From positions 1,184,001 to 1,248,000 of the forward strand of contig OZ244252.1 of assembly GCA_965217185.1 (NCBI GenBank): a stretch of DNA of 64,000 nucleotides. Reading direction: 5' to 3'. Under the pieces are notes generated by a model, which worked only from the letters and a program-made list of their open reading frames with translations, was not told the origin of the DNA and did no database searches. The position numbers and the translations under genes are program-made. Shown here one piece after another: positions 10,339-20,058 of this stretch (position 1 is its first letter; every line of letters begins with the position of its first letter). The DNA is from an uncultured Candidatus Entotheonella sp. (GTDB lineage Bacteria > Tectomicrobia > Entotheonellia > Entotheonellales > Entotheonellaceae).

Positions 10339-11214
10339 TTAGTACCGTACCGTGTCGTCCGGCTCGTCGATGACGCGGTTTTCGAGCGTGCCGAGTTGAT
10401 CAATCGTGATGCGTACCACATCGCCAGCTTTTAACCACACCTTTGGATCCATCCCCAAAACAACGCCACTGGGCGTACCGGTGCAGACCACGTCGCCTGG
10501 TTCCAGCGTAAAGGCGGTGGAGAGATGAACGATGATATCGGAACAATCAAAAATCAGATTCTTGGTATTGGAGTCTTGACGGAGCTCGCCATTCACCCAC
10601 GTTCTTAGCGTCAGGTTATGAGGATCGCCCACCTCATCAGGCGTCACCATATAGGGGCCCAAAGGACAGTGGGTGTCCCAGGACTTGCCCATGGTCGTGG
10701 TTGGTGAACGGAACTGCCAATCCCGCATGCTGACATCGTTGGCAATCGTGTAACCGGCGATGACGCCCAAGGCTTTCTCTTTGGGGACGCGGCGACAGCG
10801 CTTGCCGATGACGAAGGCGAACTCACCTTCATAATCAAGCTGGTCAGACTCTTTTGGCAGGTAAATAACGCCTTGGGGACCCGTCACGGCGGTCGATTGC
10901 TTGTTGAAGATCATGGGCACGGTAGGAATGTCAAACCCCCCTTCTGCCGCATGGTCCCTATAATTGAGCCCAACGGCAAGGAGCTTCGGCGGGCGACAAA
11001 TGGGTGCTTCGAGGCTCACGTCCGTCAGGGCAAGACGTTCTGACCCGGATGCACATACCTCTCGGGCGGTATTGAAGGCGGCCTCGCCTTGGGCGAGAAA
11101 CGTTAGCATGTCATCCGGCAAACCACGTCCATGGGCAGCAAAATCAACCACGGTGTCCGCTTCAACGGCGCCTAGGCGCGTGCGGCCCTCATGGGTAAAC
11201 GTGACAAGTTTCAT
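10339..11214 (-). CDS. Fumarylacetoacetate hydrolase family protein
   Basis: True start MKLVTF after AGGAG; GLNYRDH, LDYEGE, NDVSMRD, GKSWDT and TGTPSGV motifs. Confidence 0.92.
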   Translation of the reverse strand: MKLVTFTHEGRTRLGAVEADTVVDFAAHGRGLPDDMLTFLAQGEAAFNTAREVCASGSERLALTDVSLEAPICRPPKLLAVGLNYRDHAAEGGFDIPTVPMIFNKQSTAVTGPQGVIYLPKESDQLDYEGEFAFVIGKRCRRVPKEKALGVIAGYTIANDVSMRDWQFRSPTTTMGKSWDTHCPLGPYMVTPDEVGDPHNLTLRTWVNGELRQDSNTKNLIFDCSDIIVHLSTAFTLEPGDVVCTGTPSGVVLGMDPKVWLKAGDVVRITIDQLGTLENRVIDEPDDTVRY

Positions 11215-11270
11215 CGTGTGCTCCTGTTCTGCACAGGTTGTTCCATGCTTAGCCAGGCATGTTATCGACA

Positions 11271-12284
11271 TCAGAGCCGATAGACCCGCGCCGCCGTGTC
11301 GTGGAACAGTTGTGCTTTTTCGTCGGCCGAGTAATTCGCCGTGAGCCGCTTGAACGAATTCCACAGTACATTGTAGCTGCAACTCACCTTGTCGACGGGA
11401 TAGTTGGATTCGAACATGCAGCGGGCGGTGCCGAACTGTTGGAGGGTGTGCTCGTAATAGGGACGTGTGGCCTCCATCAACTCCTGCGAGGTGGGCGGCC
11501 GTTCGCGCTCGTGCCAACCGAAGCCGTTGACCTCCATGTTGATACCGCCGAGCTTGGCCACGACGTTGTCGCATTTCGCCAACTCGCTGATGTCCTGGCG
11601 CCACTGGGTCATGATTTCCTCGCGTTTGCCCACGTAGGGGCCGACGCCGAGCGGGCCGCCGAAATGATCGAGAATGATGGTGGTGTCGGGAAAGGCGCGG
11701 GCGAGGTCGGTGAGTTCCGTGATTTGGTGGTGGTAGCACCAGCCCTCGAAGGTCATGTCGTAGCGGGACAGGTGGGCGAACCCGGAGCGGAACTTGGCGT
11801 CCAGGTGCAAATGTGCCGGCGGCATGGGGCGATTGGAGATGAGCGGGCCCGCCGGATCCCAGGCGGCGCTGTGGCGAATGCCGCGGAAGCGTCCGCCGCC
11901 GGCCTGGAGATGGGCTTCCAGTACGGGCGCTGCGCCGTCGCCCAAGGTGAGATCGACCGTGCCCACGATGCCGGCGGCCACCCGGCGAGGGCCATACGCC
12001 CCCGAAGCGCTCATGGCGGCAATGCCGTTGACGAATTCCGTTTCGCCGACCGGGCGCATGGCTTCCGGGCCGTCCGCCTTGTGCATGGCGCTGCATTGCA
12101 CGAAGACCGTCGAGACGACGTTGTGGCCGCTGTTGATGTCGGCCAGAACCTCATCCAACAGGTAGCGCGGTTCGACCCGCTCGTAACGGTGATCCCACAA
12201 GTGATGATGTGGGTCGCAAATCGGCAGGTCCGGCTCAATCGTGTCTTCCTGCACGAGCGAAAGCCAGTGGTCATTGGTCGCCAT
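11271..12284 (-). CDS. Amidohydrolase_2 family protein
   Basis: DPHHHLW, FRGIRH, ILDHFGGP and CMFESNYPVD motifs. Confidence 0.88.
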   Translation of the reverse strand: MATNDHWLSLVQEDTIEPDLPICDPHHHLWDHRYERVEPRYLLDEVLADINSGHNVVSTVFVQCSAMHKADGPEAMRPVGETEFVNGIAAMSASGAYGPRRVAAGIVGTVDLTLGDGAAPVLEAHLQAGGGRFRGIRHSAAWDPAGPLISNRPMPPAHLHLDAKFRSGFAHLSRYDMTFEGWCYHHQITELTDLARAFPDTTIILDHFGGPLGVGPYVGKREEIMTQWRQDISELAKCDNVVAKLGGINMEVNGFGWHERERPPTSQELMEATRPYYEHTLQQFGTARCMFESNYPVDKVSCSYNVLWNSFKRLTANYSADEKAQLFHDTAARVYRL

Positions 12285-12538
12285 GTCAGTCCTTTCGATG
12301 GTGGCTATTTTCAACAGGCATGCGGTTCGGGTTGATTTGTCGGGGCGACATTCTATGTTGAGCGGGCTTCGCGTTCAATAGAAGACGCGAGGAGCGCCGA
12401 TAGTCAGATGCCCGCGGCGTCATCCGGCACTGAGCACAGCCAGCAACACGATTATATGGGCGCGCGAGACCTCCTTCCGAATAAGGGTCGATATGTTACC
12501 ATTGCCTCCCGTTGCCTCGAAAGGAAGGAGCAACAAGG

Positions 12539-13483
12539 ATGCGAACGACCGCCCTGCAGGAAGTACCTGAACAATGTTCTCTCTTCGCAAGACGCTCTCC
12601 CGCCCCCCCACCTGCCCAGCCGGGTACTTATATCAGAGTAAACGGTTTCGACGGGCCACCCCTCAAATTTATTACCCACTCTCTACTGCTATGTGGAGAC
12701 GCCAACCGTGCGCTTGAATTACTACCGGACGAGTCCGTGCAAACAGTTCTGACTTCCCCTCCCTACTGGTCTTTACGCGACTATGACATTGAAAATCAGA
12801 TCGGGCGGGACGACAGTCTGGCGAGCTATCTGGCCAGCATCGTCCGAACCTTTGAAAAGCTGAAGCGCGTTCTCCGCAGCGATGGCACGGTATGGCTCAA
12901 CATAGGTGACGCTTTCACGTCGGGGAATCGCCGCTATCGAGCACCGGACCGAAAGAATCGGGCTCGCGCTATGGAGTTTCGCCCACCAACGCCCAAAGGA
13001 TTGAAGGCGAAGGACCTCATTGGGCTTCCTTGGCGGATAGCTTTCATGCTTCAAGATGCAGGATGGTGGATTCGCTCAGAAGTGATTTGGCACAAACCAA
13101 ATGCTCATCCTGAGTCTGTCAGGGACCGGCCCACGAAGGCGCATGAAACTATATTTCTGCTTTCGAAAAGCCAGAACTATTTCTATGACGTGGAAGCTGT
13201 ATGTGGCCCGAACGGACGGAGATTGCGAACCGTATGGAACATGCCGACAGAGCCCAGAAAACGACTCAACGAACACGCTGACGATCATCCCGCCCCGATA
13301 CCGATGGCTCTCGCACGGCGATGTGTCGCCATCACCAGCCGGGAAGACGACGTTGTCTTGGATCCCTATGCGGGTTCGGGAACAACATTGTTGGCCGCGC
13401 AAGAACTTGGCCGGAAGTGGGTCGGCATTGAGTTGAAGCCTTTATTCGTCGATTTGATTGAGCGTAGGATGCAAGACAAATGA
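12539..13483 (+). CDS. Site-specific DNA methyltransferase, beta class (probably m4C)
   Basis: Catalytic TSPPY precedes the SAM-binding LDPYAGSGTT; also WLNIGD and WHKPNAHPESVRDRPTKAHE. Confidence 0.93.
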   Translation: MRTTALQEVPEQCSLFARRSPAPPPAQPGTYIRVNGFDGPPLKFITHSLLLCGDANRALELLPDESVQTVLTSPPYWSLRDYDIENQIGRDDSLASYLASIVRTFEKLKRVLRSDGTVWLNIGDAFTSGNRRYRAPDRKNRARAMEFRPPTPKGLKAKDLIGLPWRIAFMLQDAGWWIRSEVIWHKPNAHPESVRDRPTKAHETIFLLSKSQNYFYDVEAVCGPNGRRLRTVWNMPTEPRKRLNEHADDHPAPIPMALARRCVAITSREDDVVLDPYAGSGTTLLAAQELGRKWVGIELKPLFVDLIERRMQDK

Positions 13484-14231
13484 CGCGGGACGAACTCAAA
13501 GCCGAGCTTGATAAGTTCTCGCAGGCAAAGATCGAATTCGTCGCGACCGTCGTGAGGTCTCTTTCTAACCCACCGCAAGTAAACATTCGACAACGAGGAA
13601 CATGGCTTACCGGTTCGCCGGAGTGGATGGAATACTTCAGCTTAGCGCTTTCGGTGCATCACGGGGCGACGACGGAGCCATTAGGTTTAACGGCATTTGA
13701 GACGGCTTTTCGCAACGCCTGTAGGGCGGCCAAATGGACACTTGATGCACCGGGTTCTGCGACAAGACGCTTTGTCGATCTTGAGGTGTCGTAAGCGGAG
13801 CCGGTCCCACGCGGCGTCTTTCTCTGAAATCCACCGCTGCCAGGAATTCATCGGAGAAAACGGCTCACATTTCCAAGTTGACCGAAGCCGCGTGGATCCA
13901 GGATGCAAGAACACCAAGGGATCGGCGCGCACGGATACGTGAGCTTTTTCGAAGCTATCAGCGAGCAGTTGACGCAATCATCATGTTGCGTGCCTTCCGC
14001 AAAGAAGGTGTCCCACATCGTTATCAGTTGCTCGAAATCCCGACCGCGCTGTTTGCCTCAGTACAAGAAACTCCGATCGATGCATTCCAAAGAGATGCCC
14101 CTTCCATCAATTGCCAAGTAGGAGGAAAGCTTGCCGCTGTGGTTGCCATAGACCGACCCGATGCGAAGATTACAGTGAAACGGATTCAATTGGCGGCATG
14201 TACCGTACATGCCGAATGGCACAGAACGTGA
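13480..14231 (+). pseudogene. Type II restriction endonuclease (SmaI-like), frameshifted near 13788
   Basis: ATGA-coupled to the MTase. ORF 13480-13794 continues in a shifted frame as VVSGAGPTRRLSLKSTAARNSSEKTAHISKLTEAAWIQD...YQLLEIP...CTVHAEW. These motifs resemble R.SmaI as recalled from memory. Confidence 0.75.
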
Positions 14232-15352
14232 GCGGTGACCAACTGACCCGCGGCCCCGACAGAACCGCACGCCAAATGCCGTGCGTAAGTTCTGAGCAAC
14301 TCCAGAAGGACAATACTATTCCGCTTGTTGTTGACGTCGACGGCTCGCTGGTCAAAGGCGACCTGCTGACCGAGGGCTTGCTGCGGCTGTTCGCCGATTC
14401 GCCTGCCAAACTGTTCGCCCTGCCATTCTGGCTGGCTGGCGGGCGCGCCCCGCTGAAGCGCTGGCTCGCACAGCAGACCGGCACCCTGTGCGCGGCGACT
14501 CTGGTCCTGAACCCGGCCGTGCTGGAGGAAATCGACGCTGCTAGACGTGCGGGCCGTGAGGTGTGGCTGGCTTCCGGTTCGGACGAAAGGGTCGTTGCGC
14601 CCCTTGCCCGGGAGGTGGGGGCCACCGGTTGCTTCGCTTCGGACGGCCGCACCAACCTGGTTGGTCGCATCAAAGCCGCCGTCCTCGTCGACCGCTTCGG
14701 CGAGCACGGTTTCGACTATGTCGGCAACGAGCGGCGCGATCTGGCCGTTTGGAAACGCGCGCGGCGTGCCATTGGGGTTAACCTTTCGGCACGTCTGGCG
14801 CGGCAGGTGAAGACGCTGGATCCGCACGCCCGATTTCATCCCGGACTCGGCGGTGGCGCCTTGGACTTTCTGCGTGCTTTGCGTCCGCGCCAGTGGATGG
14901 CCAATGCGCTCGTGTTCGTTCCTGTCATTGCGGCGCAGGAAGCCCATGCCGGGCATTATTGGGTTGCGGCCGGAGGGTTTGCGGCCCTTTCAGCCTGTGC
15001 CTCAAGTCGCTGTGTTGTGGAAGACCTGCTCAATTTGCCGCGCGACCGGCAACGGGTAAGCAAACGTCACCAACCGATGGCGGCGGGCAAAACGCCCTTG
15101 CCTTCCATGATTGCCGTCGCTTCCGTCCTGGCGGCGGGGGGACTCGCCCTCGCCTTCTGGCTTTCGGCCGCCATTGGGCTTGGCGTTCTCCTCTATGTAA
15201 TTCTGGGTTTGTGCTACTTGCTGTGGCTCAGGCAAAACACACGCGTCGGCATCTTCGCACGCGCTCTGCTCAACCTATATCCTCTCGTTGTGGGAGCAGC
15301 GGTCGTGCGGGTCCCCTGGTCGCTGGGGTTTCTGGCTTTTTGGGGGAGTTGA
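14228..15352 (+). CDS. HAD-like plus UbiA prenyltransferase fusion, degenerate and C-terminally truncated
   Basis: PLVVDVDGSL HAD motif and FDYVGN; the UbiA half reads LRPRQWMANALVF and the aspartate-rich motif is decayed (EDLLN). Start uncertain (GTG 14228 or ATG 14276). Confidence 0.75.
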   Translation: MSGDQLTRGPDRTARQMPCVSSEQLQKDNTIPLVVDVDGSLVKGDLLTEGLLRLFADSPAKLFALPFWLAGGRAPLKRWLAQQTGTLCAATLVLNPAVLEEIDAARRAGREVWLASGSDERVVAPLAREVGATGCFASDGRTNLVGRIKAAVLVDRFGEHGFDYVGNERRDLAVWKRARRAIGVNLSARLARQVKTLDPHARFHPGLGGGALDFLRALRPRQWMANALVFVPVIAAQEAHAGHYWVAAGGFAALSACASSRCVVEDLLNLPRDRQRVSKRHQPMAAGKTPLPSMIAVASVLAAGGLALAFWLSAAIGLGVLLYVILGLCYLLWLRQNTRVGIFARALLNLYPLVVGAAVVRVPWSLGFLAFWGS

Positions 15353-15389
15353 CGGGATTGAACAGGGATTCAATTCGCAGGAGGTGAAG

Positions 15390-16352
15390 ATGGCAACACT
15401 GATTACGGGAGGCGCCGGGTTTATCGGCCTGGAAGTGGTACGGCTTCTGCTTTCGCGGGGCGAGAAGCGCCCGCTGGTGATGAGCCGAAATCCCTCGCTG
15501 AAACGCCTGGGCGACGTGGCAGATGAGGTGGAGGTGATGCGGGGCGATCTGGGGAATTTCAGTCACGTGCTGGAGGCCGTCAAAAAGGCGCGGCCGCAGG
15601 TTATCTACCATCTCGGGGCAACTCTGTCCGTCCCTTCGGAGGCCGATCCGGCCAGTGCCATGCAGACCAACGCGATGGGCACTTTCCACGTGCTGGAAGC
15701 GGCGCGGCTGTTCGACGTCCCGCAGGTCGTGTTTGCCAGCAGCGTGGGCACCTACGGGATTGATATCCGGGACGACGCCATCGATGACGCGACGATCCAG
15801 CGCCCGCAGCTTTTCTATGGCATGACCAAGGTGTTTGGCGAACACATGGGGCTGTTTTACCGGCGCAAGCACGGGCTTGATTTTCGCGGCATACGCTACC
15901 CATCCATTATTGGCCCCGGCGTGCGCACGCCGGGCGCCGTGCAATACACCTCCTGGGTCATCGAATCGTGCGCTCAGGGTCGTCCCTACACCATCTGGGT
16001 CGAGCCCGAAACGAGGGTTCCGGTCATGTACATCAAGGACGCGGCCCTGGCCACCGTGCAATTGGCGCAGACGCCGCAGCAAGCCATCACCACGGTCAAT
16101 TACCTCGTTAACGGCGTGACGCCGACGCCAAGCGCCGGTGATCTTGCAGGGGCTGTGCGGTCCAAAATTGCCGGGGCGCAGGTTGAATTCAAACCGGATA
16201 TGGAAATCCAGCGGTTGATTCAGGAATCCTTGCGGCCGCTCGACGATCGTAAGGCGCGGCAGGAATGGGGCTGGAAACCGAGATATGGCCTGGAAAGCTT
16301 GGTGGAGGATTTTCTGCAGGAGTTGGCGGTCCATCCGCACCGTTACAGCTAA
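15390..16352 (+). CDS. NAD-dependent epimerase/dehydratase (SDR L-threonine 3-dehydrogenase-like)
   Basis: TGGAGFIG, YHLGATLS, YGMTK and LDFRGIRYP motifs; AGGAGG RBS. Confidence 0.88.
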   Translation: MATLITGGAGFIGLEVVRLLLSRGEKRPLVMSRNPSLKRLGDVADEVEVMRGDLGNFSHVLEAVKKARPQVIYHLGATLSVPSEADPASAMQTNAMGTFHVLEAARLFDVPQVVFASSVGTYGIDIRDDAIDDATIQRPQLFYGMTKVFGEHMGLFYRRKHGLDFRGIRYPSIIGPGVRTPGAVQYTSWVIESCAQGRPYTIWVEPETRVPVMYIKDAALATVQLAQTPQQAITTVNYLVNGVTPTPSAGDLAGAVRSKIAGAQVEFKPDMEIQRLIQESLRPLDDRKARQEWGWKPRYGLESLVEDFLQELAVHPHRYS

Positions 16353-16408
16353 CCCGCGGCTTCTCGGATGGGCCGCAAGCGCCAATCTGCCTAACCGGAT
16401 GAACAGAG

Positions 16409-16422
16409 TTGATGTGGGTCAA
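16409..16422 (+). promoter_or_regulatory. FNR/CRP-family-like operator upstream of the USP gene
   Basis: TTGAT-GTGG-GTCAA matches TTGAT-N4-ATCAA at 9/10; extended -10-like TGCTATATT at 16475-16483. Confidence 0.55.
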
Positions 16423-16548
16423 TCGGTTACCCGGTGCGATTCTTGCCGGCCGCTACCCTGGGTGGCCGGATAAGTGCTATATTGCGAAGGTCAACACAAC
16501 CCTGCTACCGCAGAGGCGGGTTCACATTGAGACCGTGAGGAGTATCTT

Positions 16549-17262
16549 ATGGCGTCACACAAAGATTACCTAGGCGACAAATTGCAGATGGTCGAACGCG
16601 CCCGTGAGGACGTCTATTTTCGTCAGCTGGATCACGAGATCATCGCCAGGATGCGGGAGCAGCAGACCGCACAGGAGGAGGCGACTGAAGCCCCGCCGTC
16701 GCTCAACCCCTTTAACCCCATTCTCGTTCCAGTGGATTTTTCGGTCTATTCGACTCAGGCGCTCGAGAGGGCTGCCGACATCGCGGGGCGCTTTGATTCG
16801 TCTCTCATCGTCTTGCACGTCATAGCCGCTGAAATGGGTGTGCAGGCGCTGGCCAATCGTCTGGGGAAACATAGTGCGGACATCCCCATGCCGGAGGGGG
16901 AAGAAGGCCAGGAGGTCTCGGACAAGGATATTGAAACGGTCATCGATCCGCACCGCGAGCAGGCTTATGAGGCGCTGCACGCGTTTTTTCCGGGCCGCCT
17001 GACGAGTCATTCTGTCGAGTTGCGCGTCGTGTTCGGCCGACCGTTCGAGCGAATTGTGGAAACTGCGGTATCTGAGGAAGTTGGCCTGATTGTGATGGGC
17101 ACCCACGGCCGCACGGGCCTCGAACGCATCGCGGTGGGCAGCGTAGCCGAACGGGTCATTCGACTGGCGCCGTGCCCCGTCTTGACGCTGAAAGCGCCCA
17201 CGTCGGAATCCGGAAACTGGCTGAAGGATTTTTACGCCTCGTTTTTACAGGTCAGGACGTAG
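16549..17262 (+). CDS. Universal stress protein (ATP-binding type) with an IF1-like N-terminal helix
   Basis: ILVPVDFS and a G-2X-G-9X-GS motif (GTHGRTGLERIAVGS), plus APCPVL; ~50-aa N-terminal extension containing ERAREDVYFRQ. Confidence 0.88.
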   Translation: MASHKDYLGDKLQMVERAREDVYFRQLDHEIIARMREQQTAQEEATEAPPSLNPFNPILVPVDFSVYSTQALERAADIAGRFDSSLIVLHVIAAEMGVQALANRLGKHSADIPMPEGEEGQEVSDKDIETVIDPHREQAYEALHAFFPGRLTSHSVELRVVFGRPFERIVETAVSEEVGLIVMGTHGRTGLERIAVGSVAERVIRLAPCPVLTLKAPTSESGNWLKDFYASFLQVRT

Positions 17263-17308
17263 TCCGAAATAATTGGCATACGATCCCTCCAAGGAACTCC
17301 GGGCGTTG

Positions 17309-18397
17309 TCAATGCCGCGGGATGACGTGCAAGTGTCGCGGATTGAGCTCGACGTCGAGTTGCGGCGTCGTTTGAATCGCCAGTCGGTGATAGACGTAGC
17401 CCGGCAGCACGATCTCCAGGTCGTACACCGCTTCACTATCGTCGAGTCGCAGGTGAAGCGTGTAGGTCTCCGCCTGCATGTCGGTATGGACGATGGTCCC
17501 GCTGACGACGTTTTGACGTTCGCGCGCGGCGGAACGGTCCGGACGCACGATTAGAATTTGCGTTGGGCGGATACAGACGTACACGGGTGTCCCTGACGCC
17601 ATGGCGTGCGCCTTCGTCGCCAGCAAATGACCGCACCACCTCAGCCATAACGTTTCCCCATCGACCCCTTCCACCACTGCCGGCAGAATGTTGCCTGTCT
17701 GTACGAACTCCGCAACCCGCCGGCTCGTCGGACGAAAAAAAACTTCCTCCCGTGTCCCCTGCTGAATCACCCTGCCGTCGTCGTACACGATGACCCGCTG
17801 TCCGAGCGCATAGACGTCGGACAGGTCATGCGTCACGATCAGCATCGAGATGTTCCAGCGTTTCTGCACCTGTGCCAGTTCCTGACGCAAGGCACCGCGC
17901 AAGGCCGCGTCGAGCGCCGCGAACGGCTCATCGAGCAGCAGCAAGCCCGGTTGTACGGCCAAGGCACGGGCGAGCGCCACCCGTTGCTGCTGACCGCCGG
18001 AGAGCTGCCGCGGCCGGCGCTCGGCCAGCGCCTGCAGGTCGAAATTACGGAGTAACTCTGCAACCCGCTGCCGCCGCGTCTCGCGCGGCAGCCGAGCCAG
18101 CCCGAAGCCGATGTTGTCGGCAACGCTCAGATGCGGGAACAACGCATAGTGCTGAGGCACGTATCCGACACGGCGTTTTTGGGCGGGGAGATTAAGGCCG
18201 CTGGAACTGTCGAAGATGGGCTGGCCGTCGAGCGAGATGCGTCCCTCGTCGGGCTCTATCGTCCCGGCAATGGTTTGGAGCGTCAGGCTCTTGCCCGATC
18301 CTGAGGGGCCAAACAGCGTGATCAATCCACCCGGCGCCGCGAAGGCCACGTCGAGTTGAAAATCCCCTAGCCTTTTGCGCAGGGCCACCTCAAGCAT
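17309..18397 (-). CDS. modC: Molybdate ABC transporter ATP-binding protein
   Basis: GPSGSGKS, LSGGQQQR, LLLLDEPF and TOBE-like C-terminus; lies downstream of modAB. Confidence 0.85.
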   Translation of the reverse strand: MLEVALRKRLGDFQLDVAFAAPGGLITLFGPSGSGKSLTLQTIAGTIEPDEGRISLDGQPIFDSSSGLNLPAQKRRVGYVPQHYALFPHLSVADNIGFGLARLPRETRRQRVAELLRNFDLQALAERRPRQLSGGQQQRVALARALAVQPGLLLLDEPFAALDAALRGALRQELAQVQKRWNISMLIVTHDLSDVYALGQRVIVYDDGRVIQQGTREEVFFRPTSRRVAEFVQTGNILPAVVEGVDGETLWLRWCGHLLATKAHAMASGTPVYVCIRPTQILIVRPDRSAARERQNVVSGTIVHTDMQAETYTLHLRLDDSEAVYDLEIVLPGYVYHRLAIQTTPQLDVELNPRHLHVIPRH

Positions 18398-19223
18398 AGG
18401 TTCCGTAACTCCTGCGCCGGGCAAAGAAGCGCGTGGCGAAAAGGCAACCGAACGGCACGACAATCAGCAACGTGGCGAGCACCAGGGCGGTAGTCAGATC
18501 CGATTCCATGGCGATATAGATGGCCAACGGCATGGTTTGTGTGCGACCGGTGAGATTTCCGGCAAACATGATCGTGGCGCCGAACTCGCCCAAGGCGCGT
18601 GCCCAAGCCATGACGACGCCGCTCAGCAAGGCCGGGAACGCCAGGGGCACGGTGACGCGAAGGAACGTCCGCGCGGCGGAGTATCCGAGGGTGTAGGCAA
18701 CGCGCTCCAATTCCGGGTCGACGCCGCGAAACCCGGCTTGGGCGGAGCGGACGTACAACGGCATGCTGACAAAACTTTGTGCCAGAACGACCGCCGCCAT
18801 GGTGAATACAACCTGTATGCCCATCGCCTCCAGCCAAGGTCCCAAGAGGCCGCGGCGGCCAAACGTCATCAACAGGGCCACCCCGGCCACGGTGGGCGGC
18901 AGCACCATCGGCAGGTCCAGCAGGGTGTCGAACAACGTGGTCCCAGGGACGCGCCGCCGCGCCAGGGCGTAGGCCAGCGGGGTGCCGAAGGCGACTGTCA
19001 GCACCAGACTGGTCAGTGAGGTGATCAGGCTGGTCCGCAAGGCTTGCGTGACGAACGGCTCTTGCAGGGTATGCCACAGATGACTTTGCGGCAGGACTTT
19101 GAGAAAAATCGCCAGCAGGGGGAGGATCAGAAAAGTGACCGCGACCAAGGCCGGTAGGCGCCATAGGATGCTTCGCCCGGCAAGAGGCCAGGAACGGGAA
19201 TGTCGGCGCCCATGATTTGGCAT
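18390..19223 (-). CDS. modB: Molybdate ABC transporter permease
   Basis: LPMVLPPTVAGVALL, ARALGEFGATIMFAGN and TQTMPLAIY motifs. Confidence 0.92.
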   Translation of the reverse strand: MPNHGRRHSRSWPLAGRSILWRLPALVAVTFLILPLLAIFLKVLPQSHLWHTLQEPFVTQALRTSLITSLTSLVLTVAFGTPLAYALARRRVPGTTLFDTLLDLPMVLPPTVAGVALLMTFGRRGLLGPWLEAMGIQVVFTMAAVVLAQSFVSMPLYVRSAQAGFRGVDPELERVAYTLGYSAARTFLRVTVPLAFPALLSGVVMAWARALGEFGATIMFAGNLTGRTQTMPLAIYIAMESDLTTALVLATLLIVVPFGCLFATRFFARRRSYGTYA

Positions 19224-19232
19224 GAGAAAAAC

Positions 19233-20039
19233 TTATTCGGTGACTGGAATGAAGCCGTGAGCTTTCAAAACGGCCTGCCCTGCCGGCGAGAGCACGAAAC
19301 GGATGAAGGCCGCTGCTCCAGAGGGATTGCGTGCTGCCAGCGTTGCCGCGATCGGATAGCTGGCGAGGCGATTGTATGCGCCCGGAATGAGTACGGTGCT
19401 GACGTCCTGCAGGACTTTTTCGGACACGTCCGAAGCGTACACGATGCCGGCATCCGCCTCACCAAGCTGAACTTTGACCAGCACTTGTTTGACGCTTGTT
19501 TCTTCCGAGACCAGGTTGTGCAGCACCCGCACGGAAAAATCTGTTCCATGGTCGGCCTGCGCGGCTTGCAAAACCTCGCGGCTATAGCGGCCGACCGGCA
19601 CCTGCGATCCTGCGAGGGTCAATTTCAGGCCCGGCTTCGCAAGGTCTGCAAAGGAAGTTGCCTGGCTCGGGTTGTCGCGGGGCACGATGATCAGCAAGTT
19701 GTTGCGAACGAAAACCTGGGGCGACCCGTCTATCAGCCCGCGGTCCAGGGCGCGCTGCATTTGTGCGTCGTCCGCGGAGGCGAAAACATCCGCCGTTGCA
19801 CCCTGTTCGAGTTGCGTGCGCAATGTCTGCGAGCCCGTAAAGTTGTACACGATACGCAACCGGGGATGGGCATCCCGAATGCCGCGGGCCATGTCCGTGA
19901 AGGCAGCCGTCAGGGAAGCGGCCGCCATAACGACCACCTCGCCGCTGGGCTGAGATGCGGTGGCGCCGGCTTGGCTGACCAGTCCGGCCCACAAGAACAT
20001 GCCTGACAGAACGGCTGCCACCCTCCCCTGCCACGTCAT
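19233..20039 (-). CDS. modA: Molybdate ABC transporter substrate-binding protein
   Basis: AAASLTAAF, GSQTL...GATADVFASA, VPVGRY and GEADAGIVYASD motifs; alternative start at 20075. Confidence 0.92.
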   Translation of the reverse strand: MTWQGRVAAVLSGMFLWAGLVSQAGATASQPSGEVVVMAAASLTAAFTDMARGIRDAHPRLRIVYNFTGSQTLRTQLEQGATADVFASADDAQMQRALDRGLIDGSPQVFVRNNLLIIVPRDNPSQATSFADLAKPGLKLTLAGSQVPVGRYSREVLQAAQADHGTDFSVRVLHNLVSEETSVKQVLVKVQLGEADAGIVYASDVSEKVLQDVSTVLIPGAYNRLASYPIAATLAARNPSGAAAFIRFVLSPAGQAVLKAHGFIPVTE

Positions 20040-20058
20040 CGGCTCGTAACTCGCTGGA

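Noticed and set aside
11215..12096. Apparent 585-aa FAH fusion protein
   Set aside because: The N-terminal part is an alternative frame over the amidohydrolase gene; the real start is MKLVTF at 11214 with an RBS.
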